Assembly: GCA_964496765.1 (NCBI GenBank)
Contig: CAZCAP010000003.1
Coordinates: 991-64,990, forward strand
DNA length: 64,000 nt
Source of the DNA: an uncultured archaeon
GTDB lineage: Archaea > Iainarchaeota > Iainarchaeia > Iainarchaeales > CSSED10-239
Reading direction: 5' to 3'
A model generated the notes under the pieces. It was not told where the DNA came from, did not search any database, and saw nothing but the letters and a program-made list of their open reading frames with translations. Position 1 is the stretch's first letter, and every line of letters begins with the position of its first letter. Of the stretch, positions 18,917 to 28,604 are shown one piece after another. Both the position numbers and the translations under genes were made by a program.

Positions 18917-20140
18917 ATGGACTTTAAAAAATTAAGATTAGATTTTCCTGTTTTAAATAATAAAAAAGAAAAAATAATTTATTTGGATAATGCAGCATCT
19001 TCTCTAAAGCCAAGGCAAGTAATAGATGCAATGGATTCCTATTACAATGAATGTCCAGTTAATATTCATAGGGGAATACATAGGCTATCAATGAGAGCAT
19101 CAGTTATTTATGAAGAAACAATAGATACTACTGCAAAATTTTTCAATTGTAAACGAGAAGAAGTAATATTTACAAATAATTCCACTGATTCAATTAACAT
19201 GATTTCCCAATCTCTACTTTTATCTAATTATTTTAAGAAGGGTGATGAGATTCTTCTTACAGTTATGGAACATCATGCAAACCTAGTTCCTTGGCAAATT
19301 GTTTCTCAAAGATTAGGGCTTAAGCTTAAATTTATTGAAATTAAAAAAGACTTTACTCTTGACTATGATGATTTTAAAAAAAAGTTATCTAAAAAAACTA
19401 AATTAGTTGCAGTAGCTCATATTTCAAACACAATTGCAACCAAAAACAATATAAATTTAATAATTAAGGAAGCACACAAATTTGGTGCTTTTGTTCTAGT
19501 GGATGGTTCTCAGAGTGCACCCCATGAAAAAACAGACTTTAGAAAGATAAATGCTGATTTCTTTGTGTGCACCATGCATAAAATGCTAGGCCCAACAGGA
19601 ATTGGCATTTTGCTTGCTAAAGAGCAACTTCTTAGGAAGTTATCACCTAGCAGATTTGGAGGAGACATGGTTTCAAAGGTAACCTTTCAAAAAAGTGAAT
19701 GGAATACCCTTCCCTATAAGTTCATGTCAGGAACCCCAAATATCTCTGGAATTTTTGGAACAAAAGCAGCTTTTGAGTATCTAACAAGAGTAGGAATGGA
19801 TAATATTGAAAAACATGATAAAGAGCTTCTTTCCTATGCTCTAAAAAGAATAAAGGAAATAGATAATCTAACTTTATATAACCCAGGGAACCCAGATAAC
19901 CAGGGATCAATTCTTTTATTTTCTCTTAAAGGAATAGCCTGCACTGATCTTTCAGCTCTCCTAGACGATATGTCAGGGATTGCAACAAGAGCAGGAATGC
20001 ATTGTGCTGAACCAATTGTATCTAGATTTAGTAAAGAAGGGTTAACAAGAGCTTCTTTCTATTTTTATAATACAAAAGAAGAGGTAGATAAGTTTATTGA
20101 TTCACTAAAGAAGATAGATAAGATAGTTAATAAGCACTAA
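18917..20140 (+). CDS. sufS: Cysteine desulfurase, SufS/CsdA-like (class V aminotransferase)
   Basis: HHANLVPWQ, the PLP-lysine segment HKMLGPTGIG and the catalytic Cys loop RAGMHCAEP. Confidence 0.85.
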   Translation: MDFKKLRLDFPVLNNKKEKIIYLDNAASSLKPRQVIDAMDSYYNECPVNIHRGIHRLSMRASVIYEETIDTTAKFFNCKREEVIFTNNSTDSINMISQSLLLSNYFKKGDEILLTVMEHHANLVPWQIVSQRLGLKLKFIEIKKDFTLDYDDFKKKLSKKTKLVAVAHISNTIATKNNINLIIKEAHKFGAFVLVDGSQSAPHEKTDFRKINADFFVCTMHKMLGPTGIGILLAKEQLLRKLSPSRFGGDMVSKVTFQKSEWNTLPYKFMSGTPNISGIFGTKAAFEYLTRVGMDNIEKHDKELLSYALKRIKEIDNLTLYNPGNPDNQGSILLFSLKGIACTDLSALLDDMSGIATRAGMHCAEPIVSRFSKEGLTRASFYFYNTKEEVDKFIDSLKKIDKIVNKH

Positions 20141-20284
20141 TTCTTTGTGTTTTTATGTATTTTTCTTTAGTTTCATAGGTTGTATTTATCCTTAAATATA
20201 TTTATAAATATATTTAAGTATATATCTATATATAATATATATAGAAGACAACTAAATATTTCTATTTATAAAACGTGATTATAC

Positions 20285-22039
20285 ATGGTTGAACAGGATA
20301 AAAAAGAAGAAACTAAGGTTAAAAATAATAATAAAGTTGGAATTGATGCAGATGTTCTTTTTACAGAATTTAAAGAACATTCGGTTGCTGATTTTTTTAA
20401 AAAAAATAGACAAATGCTTGGACTTTATGGTAAGCAGAGAACATTAACAACAATAGTTCATGAGCTTGTTACAAACTCTCTTGATGCCTGTGAAGAAGCT
20501 GGTATTCTTCCAGATATTGAAGTTAAGATATCAGCGATAGGAGATGAGTACTATGAAATTGGTGTTATTGATAATGGTCCAGGAATACCTGAAGAAAAAA
20601 TAGGTTCTGCGCTAGGTAAATTATTAGCAGGAACAAAGTTTCATAGGCTTGTTCAAACAAGAGGTCAACAGGGAATTGGAGTTTCTGGAATAATTTTATT
20701 TTCACAAATAACAACTGGTAAACCTAGTAAAGTAATTTCTGGAACCAATACAGGTAGAACCATTTCTCTTGAGATTTCAATTGATTCAAAAACAAATTCT
20801 CCAAAAATAACTGATAAGCATTATTTAGAAAAAAAATTTAGAGGACTTGCAATCAGATCTAAATTTAAAGAAATACAATATAAGAAAGGACAAAATTCTG
20901 TTGATGAATATTTAAGAAGAACAGCAATTTCAAACCCCCATGCAACAATTAAGTTTGAAGATCCATTCCAAGAAGTTACCGAGTATGTGAGAACAGTAAA
21001 GGTATTACCAAAGATACCAACTCAGGTTAAGCCTCACCCAAGAGGAGTCACTGTTGATGAAATGGTGTCTCTTGCAAGATATACACAGGCAAGAAAAATA
21101 TCATCCTATCTTATGCAAACATTTGATAGGTTTGGACAAACAGCAGTTGATCATATTGAAAAACTAGTACACTTTGATTTAAATAAGGATCCAAAAAAAT
21201 TAACCTGGGAAGAAGCAGAAGAAATTGTTCATGCAATTAAGGAAACTAAGTTTATTGCACCAAATACAGATAACCTAGTTCCAATTGGTGAATCATTTAT
21301 TGAAAAATCTTTAAAATCAATTGTTAATCCTGAATTTTGTTTTGTTTACACAAGAAAGCCATCTGTTTATAAGGGTGGATATGCATTCCAGGTGGAAGTT
21401 GGTTTAGCCTATGGAGGAAATGCAGGAAGATTAATTTCTGTAGAGGTTCCTGAAAAAGTAAAAAATAAAAAACCAAAAAAAGATAAAAATGGAAAAATAA
21501 TAATTGAGGAAGAAGAAAAACCAAGAGAAATTAGATCCTCAGAAGTTATTAGGTATGCTAATAAGGCTCCTCTTTTATTTGATGCTGGAGGATGTGCAAT
21601 CACAAAAACCGTTGCAGCAATAGATTGGAGAAGATACGGGATTCAAAATTTTGATAACAGTCCAGTAACTGTTTTTGTTAATCTAATTTCTGTTCACATT
21701 CCCTATACCTCAGCTGGTAAATCTGCAATTGCAGATGAAGACGAAATATTAACAGAAACAAAGCTTGCTCTCCAGGATGTTGCAAGAAGATTAGGAACAT
21801 ACATTATTCAAAAGAAGAGAGAGGAAGATAAAAAAGAAAAAAGAAAAGTATTTGCAAAGTATGCTCCAGAGGTTGTGAAGGCATTGGTTCACACAACAGG
21901 TGCAGATGCGAAAACACTTCAAAAAAATTTAGATAGAATGGTTCTAGAAAAATTAAAGATGGATGATGAAGCTGAAGCTAGAGGAGACAAAATCCAAGAT
22001 GATTACAGTGAGGATACTTCCGCAAGTGATGATGAATAA
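20285..22039 (+). CDS. top6B: DNA topoisomerase VI subunit B
   Basis: Bergerat/GHKL motifs ELVTNSLDA, DNGPGI and GQQGIG, with an acidic C-terminal tail. Confidence 0.95.
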   Translation: MVEQDKKEETKVKNNNKVGIDADVLFTEFKEHSVADFFKKNRQMLGLYGKQRTLTTIVHELVTNSLDACEEAGILPDIEVKISAIGDEYYEIGVIDNGPGIPEEKIGSALGKLLAGTKFHRLVQTRGQQGIGVSGIILFSQITTGKPSKVISGTNTGRTISLEISIDSKTNSPKITDKHYLEKKFRGLAIRSKFKEIQYKKGQNSVDEYLRRTAISNPHATIKFEDPFQEVTEYVRTVKVLPKIPTQVKPHPRGVTVDEMVSLARYTQARKISSYLMQTFDRFGQTAVDHIEKLVHFDLNKDPKKLTWEEAEEIVHAIKETKFIAPNTDNLVPIGESFIEKSLKSIVNPEFCFVYTRKPSVYKGGYAFQVEVGLAYGGNAGRLISVEVPEKVKNKKPKKDKNGKIIIEEEEKPREIRSSEVIRYANKAPLLFDAGGCAITKTVAAIDWRRYGIQNFDNSPVTVFVNLISVHIPYTSAGKSAIADEDEILTETKLALQDVARRLGTYIIQKKREEDKKEKRKVFAKYAPEVVKALVHTTGADAKTLQKNLDRMVLEKLKMDDEAEARGDKIQDDYSEDTSASDDE

Positions 22040-22059
22040 ATAATTATTGGTTGATTAAT

Positions 22060-23223
22060 ATGGTTGATAAAAAAGAAAAAAAAAGCGAAGCAAAGACTTC
22101 AAAGCAGAAACTTGAACAGTATGAGGTTGAAACAAGCAAAGATATTGCTGATCGTTTGTATAACATAGCAACAAACATTGTTCACCAAATAGAACACAAC
22201 CACTCTCCTACTTTTTCAACAAGAGTTAGAGGTTTATCAAATGTTTATTTTGATGAAAAGGAAGGATACATCCAACTTGGTGATAAAACAGTAACTCGTC
22301 CATTCCTTAATCTTGGTGCTGCTAGAAAGTTCATGCAAACAATGATTGTTAATGATAAGTGCTGTGAATACCTTAAACATGATAAAACTGCATCCATAAG
22401 AGAAATTTATTATGAATTAAAACACACTGTTGAAAACACAAAAGAAAATACATTTGATGCACAGGAAGAATCAAACGATGTTATTGTTGATTTAGAACAT
22501 TCAGTTTCCACAATCAGAGAAAAATTAGGACTTCATGCTGAACCTCGTGGATCACTCTATGGGGACATAACTTTAAGAGATTTAAAACATAACAACGATG
22601 TTTTTAATTGTAATTCACTTGGACGTGGTGGATGGTCAATCATGTCAAGAATAGAACCTGAAGAGATTGAGATTGTAGATGTTAATGCAGAAATGGTTTT
22701 AGTGATTGAGACTGCTGCAATGTACAATAGATTAATTGAAGAAAGATATGCTCATAAGCACAAAGCAATTCTTGTTGGAACAAGCGGTCAAGCAGCAAGA
22801 GGAACAAGAAGATTAGTGCATAGACTTCATTATGAGTATAAGTTACCGGTTGTTGTTTTCACTGATGGAGATCCCTATGGATGGTACATCTATTCAGTTC
22901 TTAAGAGTGGATCAATGGCTCTTGCAGCTCATTCTAAGTACCTAGCTGTTCCTGATGCAAAATATGTTGGAATGACTCTGACAGATGTTGAAACCTATGG
23001 CCTTCAGAACGTAACTGAAAGAATGAAGGATGGGGATGTTAAGAGAGCAAAAGAGATGCTTGAATATCAATGGTTTAAATCTAAAGAATGGCAGGAACAA
23101 TTAAAAATTGCAATTGATAAAAAAATAAGAATAGAACAACAGGCGCTTGCAAACAAATCACTTGATTTTGTTGCAAAGAAGTATCTTCCTGAAAAAATAG
23201 AAAATGAGATATTCTTAGATTAA
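22060..23223 (+). CDS. top6A: DNA topoisomerase VI subunit A (Spo11 family)
   Basis: Catalytic Tyr region SIREIYYEL, Toprim Glu (LVIETAAM) and DxD (VFTDGDPYG). The ATG at 22060 is preferred over the TTG at 22051. Confidence 0.95.
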   Translation: MVDKKEKKSEAKTSKQKLEQYEVETSKDIADRLYNIATNIVHQIEHNHSPTFSTRVRGLSNVYFDEKEGYIQLGDKTVTRPFLNLGAARKFMQTMIVNDKCCEYLKHDKTASIREIYYELKHTVENTKENTFDAQEESNDVIVDLEHSVSTIREKLGLHAEPRGSLYGDITLRDLKHNNDVFNCNSLGRGGWSIMSRIEPEEIEIVDVNAEMVLVIETAAMYNRLIEERYAHKHKAILVGTSGQAARGTRRLVHRLHYEYKLPVVVFTDGDPYGWYIYSVLKSGSMALAAHSKYLAVPDAKYVGMTLTDVETYGLQNVTERMKDGDVKRAKEMLEYQWFKSKEWQEQLKIAIDKKIRIEQQALANKSLDFVAKKYLPEKIENEIFLD

Positions 23224-23240
23224 AACACTAGGAATATATT

Positions 23241-23801
23241 TCATTTAAAATAATCATTTCTATCTGCTTGTCTTGATTTCGCTTTTAGTATTTCTTGTTT
23301 TACTGCTTCAAGATATTTAACCATAAATTGTAGATTGTGTGTGCTTTTTTTTGCAAGATTATTTAATACGTTATCTATGACAGTTATCATATTAGTTGTA
23401 TATTCTTTTTCTATCTTTTGAAAATAGGATGCATTGTGTACTTTTGCATCAATTATTAAATAATTTATTTCTTTATTAAGTTGTTTAATTTGTTTAATGT
23501 GAGTCCCTTTAAATCTATAATCATTAATTTTAGCCCCCAGTTCATCTATTAGTCTTTTTATAATTTCTTCCTTTTTTCCAAGATTTGGTTTCACAATTTC
23601 TCTTGCAAGCACATAGCGAGTTTTGATATCTTCTAAATGTTTTCTTACTCCAATTTTTCCAGTAATTTTACTTCGCAAATCATTTTTTATATTACGTTTT
23701 GCTATGTTTGATGATTTTTTAAAATTTGCATGTTCTGCTTGTAATCTATCAAGTAATGGTTTTTTTGGTTTATATATTGGTTTTCCAGGCATAATTTTCA
23801 T
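23241..23801 (-). CDS. Hypothetical Lys-rich helical protein
   Basis: A 186-aa ORF downstream of and co-oriented with 23856-24839. I recognised no motif. Confidence 0.5.
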   Translation of the reverse strand: MKIMPGKPIYKPKKPLLDRLQAEHANFKKSSNIAKRNIKNDLRSKITGKIGVRKHLEDIKTRYVLAREIVKPNLGKKEEIIKRLIDELGAKINDYRFKGTHIKQIKQLNKEINYLIIDAKVHNASYFQKIEKEYTTNMITVIDNVLNNLAKKSTHNLQFMVKYLEAVKQEILKAKSRQADRNDYFK

Positions 23802-23855
23802 CTCCTATCTTAAATGTAATAAATATATTACAATTAATTAAGCTTATAAAGCTAA

Positions 23856-24839
23856 TTATTTTAATCTTGAATACAATCTTTCTATTTTATATTTTGCTTT
23901 TTTTGGTTCCATTTTTTGATTGATTTTAATATATGCTTTTCTTAATTGTTTTATTTGCTTGCTTTTTTCAGGATTGGATAAATTACTATCCTTTATTTTT
24001 CGTTCAGATCTTTTAAGAACCGCTCTATTTTCTGTTGTACTATTCTGTTGATTTGCTTTTTCTTTGTAGTTTTTAAATAATCTATTGGGTTCTGCTTTGG
24101 TTTTTTCTAACTTATTATATAGTTTGTCATTTGCAATTGATTGTAGAGCTACATCCTTACAACCAATATATTTTACGATATAATCTATATTGTTTTTGTC
24201 AGCTCCAAAAATATTTGTATTATACTTTTTTATTAAATTATATTTTCTATTGAATGTTTTGTTGAAATCATCTGTTGATAACTCCATTAAATCCAGTGTG
24301 TGCATTGCCCCAAACAAAACAATCAAGTTATCTTGTGTTTTAAGATTATTAACTATGTTTTTTGCAATAGATTCATTTCTGAAGTTTGATAGTATAAATG
24401 TTTCTTTTTCTTGTTTGTATTTTTTAATTAAATTGAAATCTTTTTTTTGTTGGGCATCATATATCTTTTTATCTATGTTTATTACTTTCATTTGATAGTA
24501 GTTTGTATCTAATGGACGTATACTAAGACCTCTTTCTCTACAAATGGCTAATAATTGCAGTGCTTCTATTTGACCAGTAGTATATCCTAAACTCTCTGGA
24601 TATTTTATATCAAAATCTTCCATGAATTTTATTGTTTCTGATTTTGCTTCTGGTTTTTTTTTATTGTACACAACCCTATCTGTATATCTATCAAGATACT
24701 CTATAACTATTGGAGCAAATTCAATTCCAACGGGTGTTCCTTTTTTAAGAGTTTTAAGGTAATCCATTGCTTGTGAATGAGCTCTAAACAGGTTACTATG
24801 TATCCAAGGTATAAACTCTACTGTCTTATCAGATCCCAT
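23856..24839 (-). CDS. Hypothetical protein with a possible TraB/PrgY/Tiki/ChaN-like fold and a Lys-rich C-terminal tail
   Basis: The motif order resembles the TraB/Tiki superfamily: IPWIH(14)S, VGIE(40)F, SIRPLD, FRNESIAKNI and LIVLFGAMHTLDL. This is motif reading only. Confidence 0.35.
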   Translation of the reverse strand: MGSDKTVEFIPWIHSNLFRAHSQAMDYLKTLKKGTPVGIEFAPIVIEYLDRYTDRVVYNKKKPEAKSETIKFMEDFDIKYPESLGYTTGQIEALQLLAICRERGLSIRPLDTNYYQMKVINIDKKIYDAQQKKDFNLIKKYKQEKETFILSNFRNESIAKNIVNNLKTQDNLIVLFGAMHTLDLMELSTDDFNKTFNRKYNLIKKYNTNIFGADKNNIDYIVKYIGCKDVALQSIANDKLYNKLEKTKAEPNRLFKNYKEKANQQNSTTENRAVLKRSERKIKDSNLSNPEKSKQIKQLRKAYIKINQKMEPKKAKYKIERLYSRLK

Positions 24840-25026
24840 GTGTAATCAACAAGTATCTTCTTTATGGATACCTTTTTAAATATTTTGACTCAAATAATAT
24901 ATCTTAGACATCTTGATTTACAACAATTTATTTATTTTGTTGTTTTTATTAATTCTATTTTTAAATCTTTAGTACTATTATTATATAATTAAATTAATTA
25001 GCCTGCGGAGTTTTAAGTGATTAACT

Positions 25027-25632
25027 ATGGTTCCTGAATTATTATCTTTATTTGTTTTGTTTTTTGTAATCATAGATCCTCTGCAAAGCTTTGCTTTCTT
25101 CTTTGTTAGAACTAATGGATTAACAAAAAAAGAAAGAATTAATATTGCTCTTTTAGCTACTGGAATAGCAATAGTTATATTGTACGCTTTTCTTTTCTTT
25201 GGAAAAGGTGTGCTTGATTTATTTAATACAAGTATAAATAGTTTTAGGATTGCAGGTGGTGTATTGCTTGTTCTTCTAGGAATTACAATGTGTGGTTATC
25301 TGAAAAGCCATGATGACCCGGATCCTAAGAATGCAAGAGATGCACACACATCAATAGCAACTGTTATTGCAACTCCACTTCTTTCTGGTCCTGCAGCAAT
25401 TACTACCACAATTATATCAGTTGTTGACCATGGAAGAGTATTAACTGGGCTTGCAATTGGCTTTGTATTAATATTGACCTTTGGATTATTACTTTTGTCA
25501 GTTATGTTTAATAAAATACTTAATAAAAGTAAGGTTGCAATTAAAGTAGTAACAACAATTTTAGGATTAATTACTCTTGCCTGGGGAGTGGATTTTATTC
25601 TTGTGGGTTTGAAAGTAATGGGCGCTGCATAA
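25027..25632 (+). CDS. MarC family (UPF0056) integral membrane protein
   Basis: N-terminal FVLFFVIIDPLQSFAFF and a six-TM profile of about 200 aa, typical of MarC. Confidence 0.75.
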   Translation: MVPELLSLFVLFFVIIDPLQSFAFFFVRTNGLTKKERINIALLATGIAIVILYAFLFFGKGVLDLFNTSINSFRIAGGVLLVLLGITMCGYLKSHDDPDPKNARDAHTSIATVIATPLLSGPAAITTTIISVVDHGRVLTGLAIGFVLILTFGLLLLSVMFNKILNKSKVAIKVVTTILGLITLAWGVDFILVGLKVMGAA

Positions 25633-25640
25633 AGTTCCCA

Positions 25641-26573
25641 TTAACTAATTTTTTCTTTGAGAAGTAGTTCTTTCCATTCTCTATCAACGTGTTCTTGTAT
25701 TTTTTTAATTTCTGCTTTATTCTTAAGAACTGCATTAAACTTTGTTTGTGTTTTTAGAAATTCTTCAACACTTTTTCTTTTTTCTGGTTTGTAATTTATT
25801 TTATATTTTCCATCTTCATATTCATACAATGGATATGAATTTGTTTCAATTGCAAGTTTGCTAATGGAAATTGTTTCATTAGTTGGTGCTTTCATGTTTG
25901 TTGGGCAAGCAGCAAATGCAATAAGAACACTTGGTCCTTTCTTTTCAAAAGCTTTTTTGACCTTTTCAAACATATCCCCAAGATCTGCTGGATTAATTGT
26001 TGCCACATATGGTATGTTATGAGCAATTGCTATTTTTGCTAGATCCTTTTGGAATTCTTTTTTGCCATCAACAATTTTCCCTGATGGGGTTGTGGTTGTT
26101 GATGCTCCCATTGGTGTTGCAGATGACCTTTGATTTCCAGTGTTCATATAACCTTCGTTATCATAACAAATATAAACAAAATTATGCCCTCTCTCTAACG
26201 CTCCAGATAAAGATTGCAATCCAATATCAAATGTTCCACCATCTCCACCAAAGGCCATGAATTTTATATTTTCTTTTATCTTTCCTTTTTTCTTTTGAGC
26301 AAGATAAGCTGTTTCTACTCCTGATATGGTTGCTGCTGCATTAGCAAATAAAGAATGTATCCATGGTGTATTCCAGGAAGTGTATGGATAAATAGTTGTT
26401 GTTACTTCTGCACAGGATGTTGCACTTGCAACAACAACTGGATCATCAGTTGCAGCAAGAGCGGTTCTTAGAATAACAGTAATTGGACAACCAGGACAGG
26501 TTCTGTGACCAGAAACAACCTTTTTCTTTTCATGTATTTTAAAAGCTAATTCTTTTGCATTCATAATTATCAT
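25641..26573 (-). CDS. porB: 2-oxoacid (probably pyruvate):ferredoxin oxidoreductase, beta subunit (TPP-binding)
   Basis: CPGCP cluster ligands and the TPP motif GGDGGTFDIG. It is the last gene of the gamma-delta-(HD)-alpha-beta string. Confidence 0.9.
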   Translation of the reverse strand: MIIMNAKELAFKIHEKKKVVSGHRTCPGCPITVILRTALAATDDPVVVASATSCAEVTTTIYPYTSWNTPWIHSLFANAAATISGVETAYLAQKKKGKIKENIKFMAFGGDGGTFDIGLQSLSGALERGHNFVYICYDNEGYMNTGNQRSSATPMGASTTTTPSGKIVDGKKEFQKDLAKIAIAHNIPYVATINPADLGDMFEKVKKAFEKKGPSVLIAFAACPTNMKAPTNETISISKLAIETNSYPLYEYEDGKYKINYKPEKRKSVEEFLKTQTKFNAVLKNKAEIKKIQEHVDREWKELLLKEKIS

Positions 26574-26577
26574 TCTC

Positions 26578-27732
26578 TTATTTTAATCCAATATATCTAT
26601 TCTTGGGTGCTTTATTGTTCATAACATCTACTATTAATTTTTCAATTTCTTTTTCATAAATGTCTCTTCCACCAAGTCCAAACACATAACTATAAACATT
26701 TGCATTTATTTTATTTCTTGCAAGAGCAATCATTACATCCTTATACACAGGAGGGAAAGAACCAGGTCCTTCACTTCTTTCAAGAATAATTATCTTCTTT
26801 GCTTTTTTTAGGCAACTAGCATAATCATCATAGAGGAAAGGTCTATAGAGAATAGGTCTAAGCAATCCAACGTTCTTTTTGTCTTTTCTTAATTTATCAA
26901 TAACATCCTTTGTGCTTTCAGCAGTTGATGATAAAACAATAATAATTGTTTCTGAATTACTTGCAAAATAATCTTCATAAATATTAATTTTTTTATTAAA
27001 TTTTTTTTTAAATTCAGTTGCTATTTTAATATAATTTTCTCTAACCTTAGAAAAAGCATCAAACATATCCACTCTTATCTCAAAATACGAATCCGGAAGA
27101 GCAAGAGAACCAATAGAAATTGGTTTCTTTGTATTTAAAAGATTATATGCTGGCTTATATTCTCCAATAAATGATTTAACTTTTTTATTTTCAAATACTT
27201 CTACTCCTGTTACATTATGACTTGTTATAAATCCATCCTGGCAAACCATTATTGGAAGATTAACAGATTCAGCTAGTCTTAAAGAAAACAAAGTCATTTC
27301 ATAGGCTTCCTGTGCATTTTCACAATAAACCTGCATCCATCCTTGATCAAGGCAAGACATAGAATCAGAATGATCACAATGAATATTAATTGGAGCAGAT
27401 ATTGCTCTATTAACAATTGGCATAAGAATAGGTAATCTAAATCCTGATGTAACACTTAAAACTTCATACATGTAAAGTAATCCCTGAGAAGAGGTTGCAG
27501 TAATTGCTCTTACTCCAGAAGCTTGTGCTCCAACAACAGCAGAAAGAGCAGAGTGCTCTGATTCAACTCTAATTATTTCTGTATCAACTTCTCCATTTGC
27601 TTCGTATCTAGCAAAAGTTTCAATGATGGGGGTTTGAGGAGTAATTGGATACATTGAAACCACATCAGGATTAATTTGTTTTAAAGCATAGGCAACAGCC
27701 TCCCCGCCAGATAATGCAAATTTTTTATTCAT
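26578..27732 (-). CDS. porA: 2-oxoacid:ferredoxin oxidoreductase, alpha subunit
   Basis: The N-terminus LSGGEAVAYALKQINPDVVSMYPITPQT is typical of POR/VOR alpha. Operon context supports the call. Confidence 0.9.
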   Translation of the reverse strand: MNKKFALSGGEAVAYALKQINPDVVSMYPITPQTPIIETFARYEANGEVDTEIIRVESEHSALSAVVGAQASGVRAITATSSQGLLYMYEVLSVTSGFRLPILMPIVNRAISAPINIHCDHSDSMSCLDQGWMQVYCENAQEAYEMTLFSLRLAESVNLPIMVCQDGFITSHNVTGVEVFENKKVKSFIGEYKPAYNLLNTKKPISIGSLALPDSYFEIRVDMFDAFSKVRENYIKIATEFKKKFNKKINIYEDYFASNSETIIIVLSSTAESTKDVIDKLRKDKKNVGLLRPILYRPFLYDDYASCLKKAKKIIILERSEGPGSFPPVYKDVMIALARNKINANVYSYVFGLGGRDIYEKEIEKLIVDVMNNKAPKNRYIGLK

Positions 27733-28307
27733 AATTTTTCATTTTCTATATTTTCTTTTTTTAAATAATCTTCTTTTTTTAAATATTCAATTAATTCATT
27801 GAAGAATGAATGGATTTCTGGAATTGATTCTAAATATTTTTCTTTATGATCTCTTAACATTTTTTCTGTCCAGTTCTCTTTTTTCCAATTCTCTTTATAA
27901 TCCATCATGTGGAGAACTGACTCTAATTTATCTATCGCTTTTGCAAATTTTGCTTCAATTGTTTTTTCTGCTTCGAATTCTATAAACAAATTATAATACT
28001 CATCTTTTATTGCATCAGGAAGTTTTGTTTTTAATATCTTTGCTCCTTCTGCTTCAGGAATTTTTCTGTTATCTCTTTCTAATATATGTATATCTCCAGA
28101 TATTATTTCAACCATATCGTGATATGCAAGCAACTTCAAAACTTGTAGCTCATTTATTTCTAATTTTGTCTTCTTTAAAAAATATTCAGCTAATAGAATG
28201 CAACTCCACGAATGTTCTGCAGAACTTTCGTTCCTATTTCCAACTTGAGAAAATCTATTAACTTCTTTTAATTTTAATATAAATCTTATTTTATCCAGTT
28301 CTTGCAT
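27729..28307 (-). CDS. HD-domain phosphohydrolase (YfbR/HDDC2-like 5'-nucleotidase family)
   Basis: H..HD..D pattern: SSAEHSWSCILLAEYF..LLAYHDMVEIISGDI. It starts 3 nt after the porD stop, and its stop overlaps the porA start (ATGA at 27729-27732). Confidence 0.75.
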   Translation of the reverse strand: MQELDKIRFILKLKEVNRFSQVGNRNESSAEHSWSCILLAEYFLKKTKLEINELQVLKLLAYHDMVEIISGDIHILERDNRKIPEAEGAKILKTKLPDAIKDEYYNLFIEFEAEKTIEAKFAKAIDKLESVLHMMDYKENWKKENWTEKMLRDHKEKYLESIPEIHSFFNELIEYLKKEDYLKKENIENEKL

Positions 28308-28310
28308 ATT

Positions 28311-28598
28311 CTATTCCTCAACCATTTTTATGCACTTAACAGGACACACCTGTGCACAAATTCCACAACCCTTACAATAATCTAGATCTGTTTTTGTTCT
28401 TTTAATTTGTCCTTTCTTAACCTCTGCGAGAATACAGTTTTCTGGGCAAGAATTATAGCACATCATGCATTGAATACATTTCTTGGAATCCCATTCTGGT
28501 TTCTTGTATCTCCAGTTCCCTGTTTTATTGTTTATGGATGTTCCTCCAGGAAGAACTCCACCAAGCATGTGCTTATCTATTTTAATATTTTTTTTCAT
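28311..28598 (-). CDS. porD: 2-oxoacid:ferredoxin oxidoreductase, delta subunit (2x[4Fe-4S] ferredoxin)
   Basis: Two CxxCxxCxxxCP motifs are present: CIQCMMCYNSCP and CKGCGICAQVCP. Confidence 0.9.
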   Translation of the reverse strand: MKKNIKIDKHMLGGVLPGGTSINNKTGNWRYKKPEWDSKKCIQCMMCYNSCPENCILAEVKKGQIKRTKTDLDYCKGCGICAQVCPVKCIKMVEE

Positions 28599-28604
28599 AT
28601 GTTA

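Noticed and set aside
20194-20216. The 11-nt direct repeat AAATATATTTA x2 upstream of top6B, considered as an origin-recognition-box or regulatory repeat.
   Set aside because: It is pure A/T low-complexity sequence in a TATA-rich promoter region and is expected by chance in this composition. There is no Orc1/Cdc6 gene nearby.
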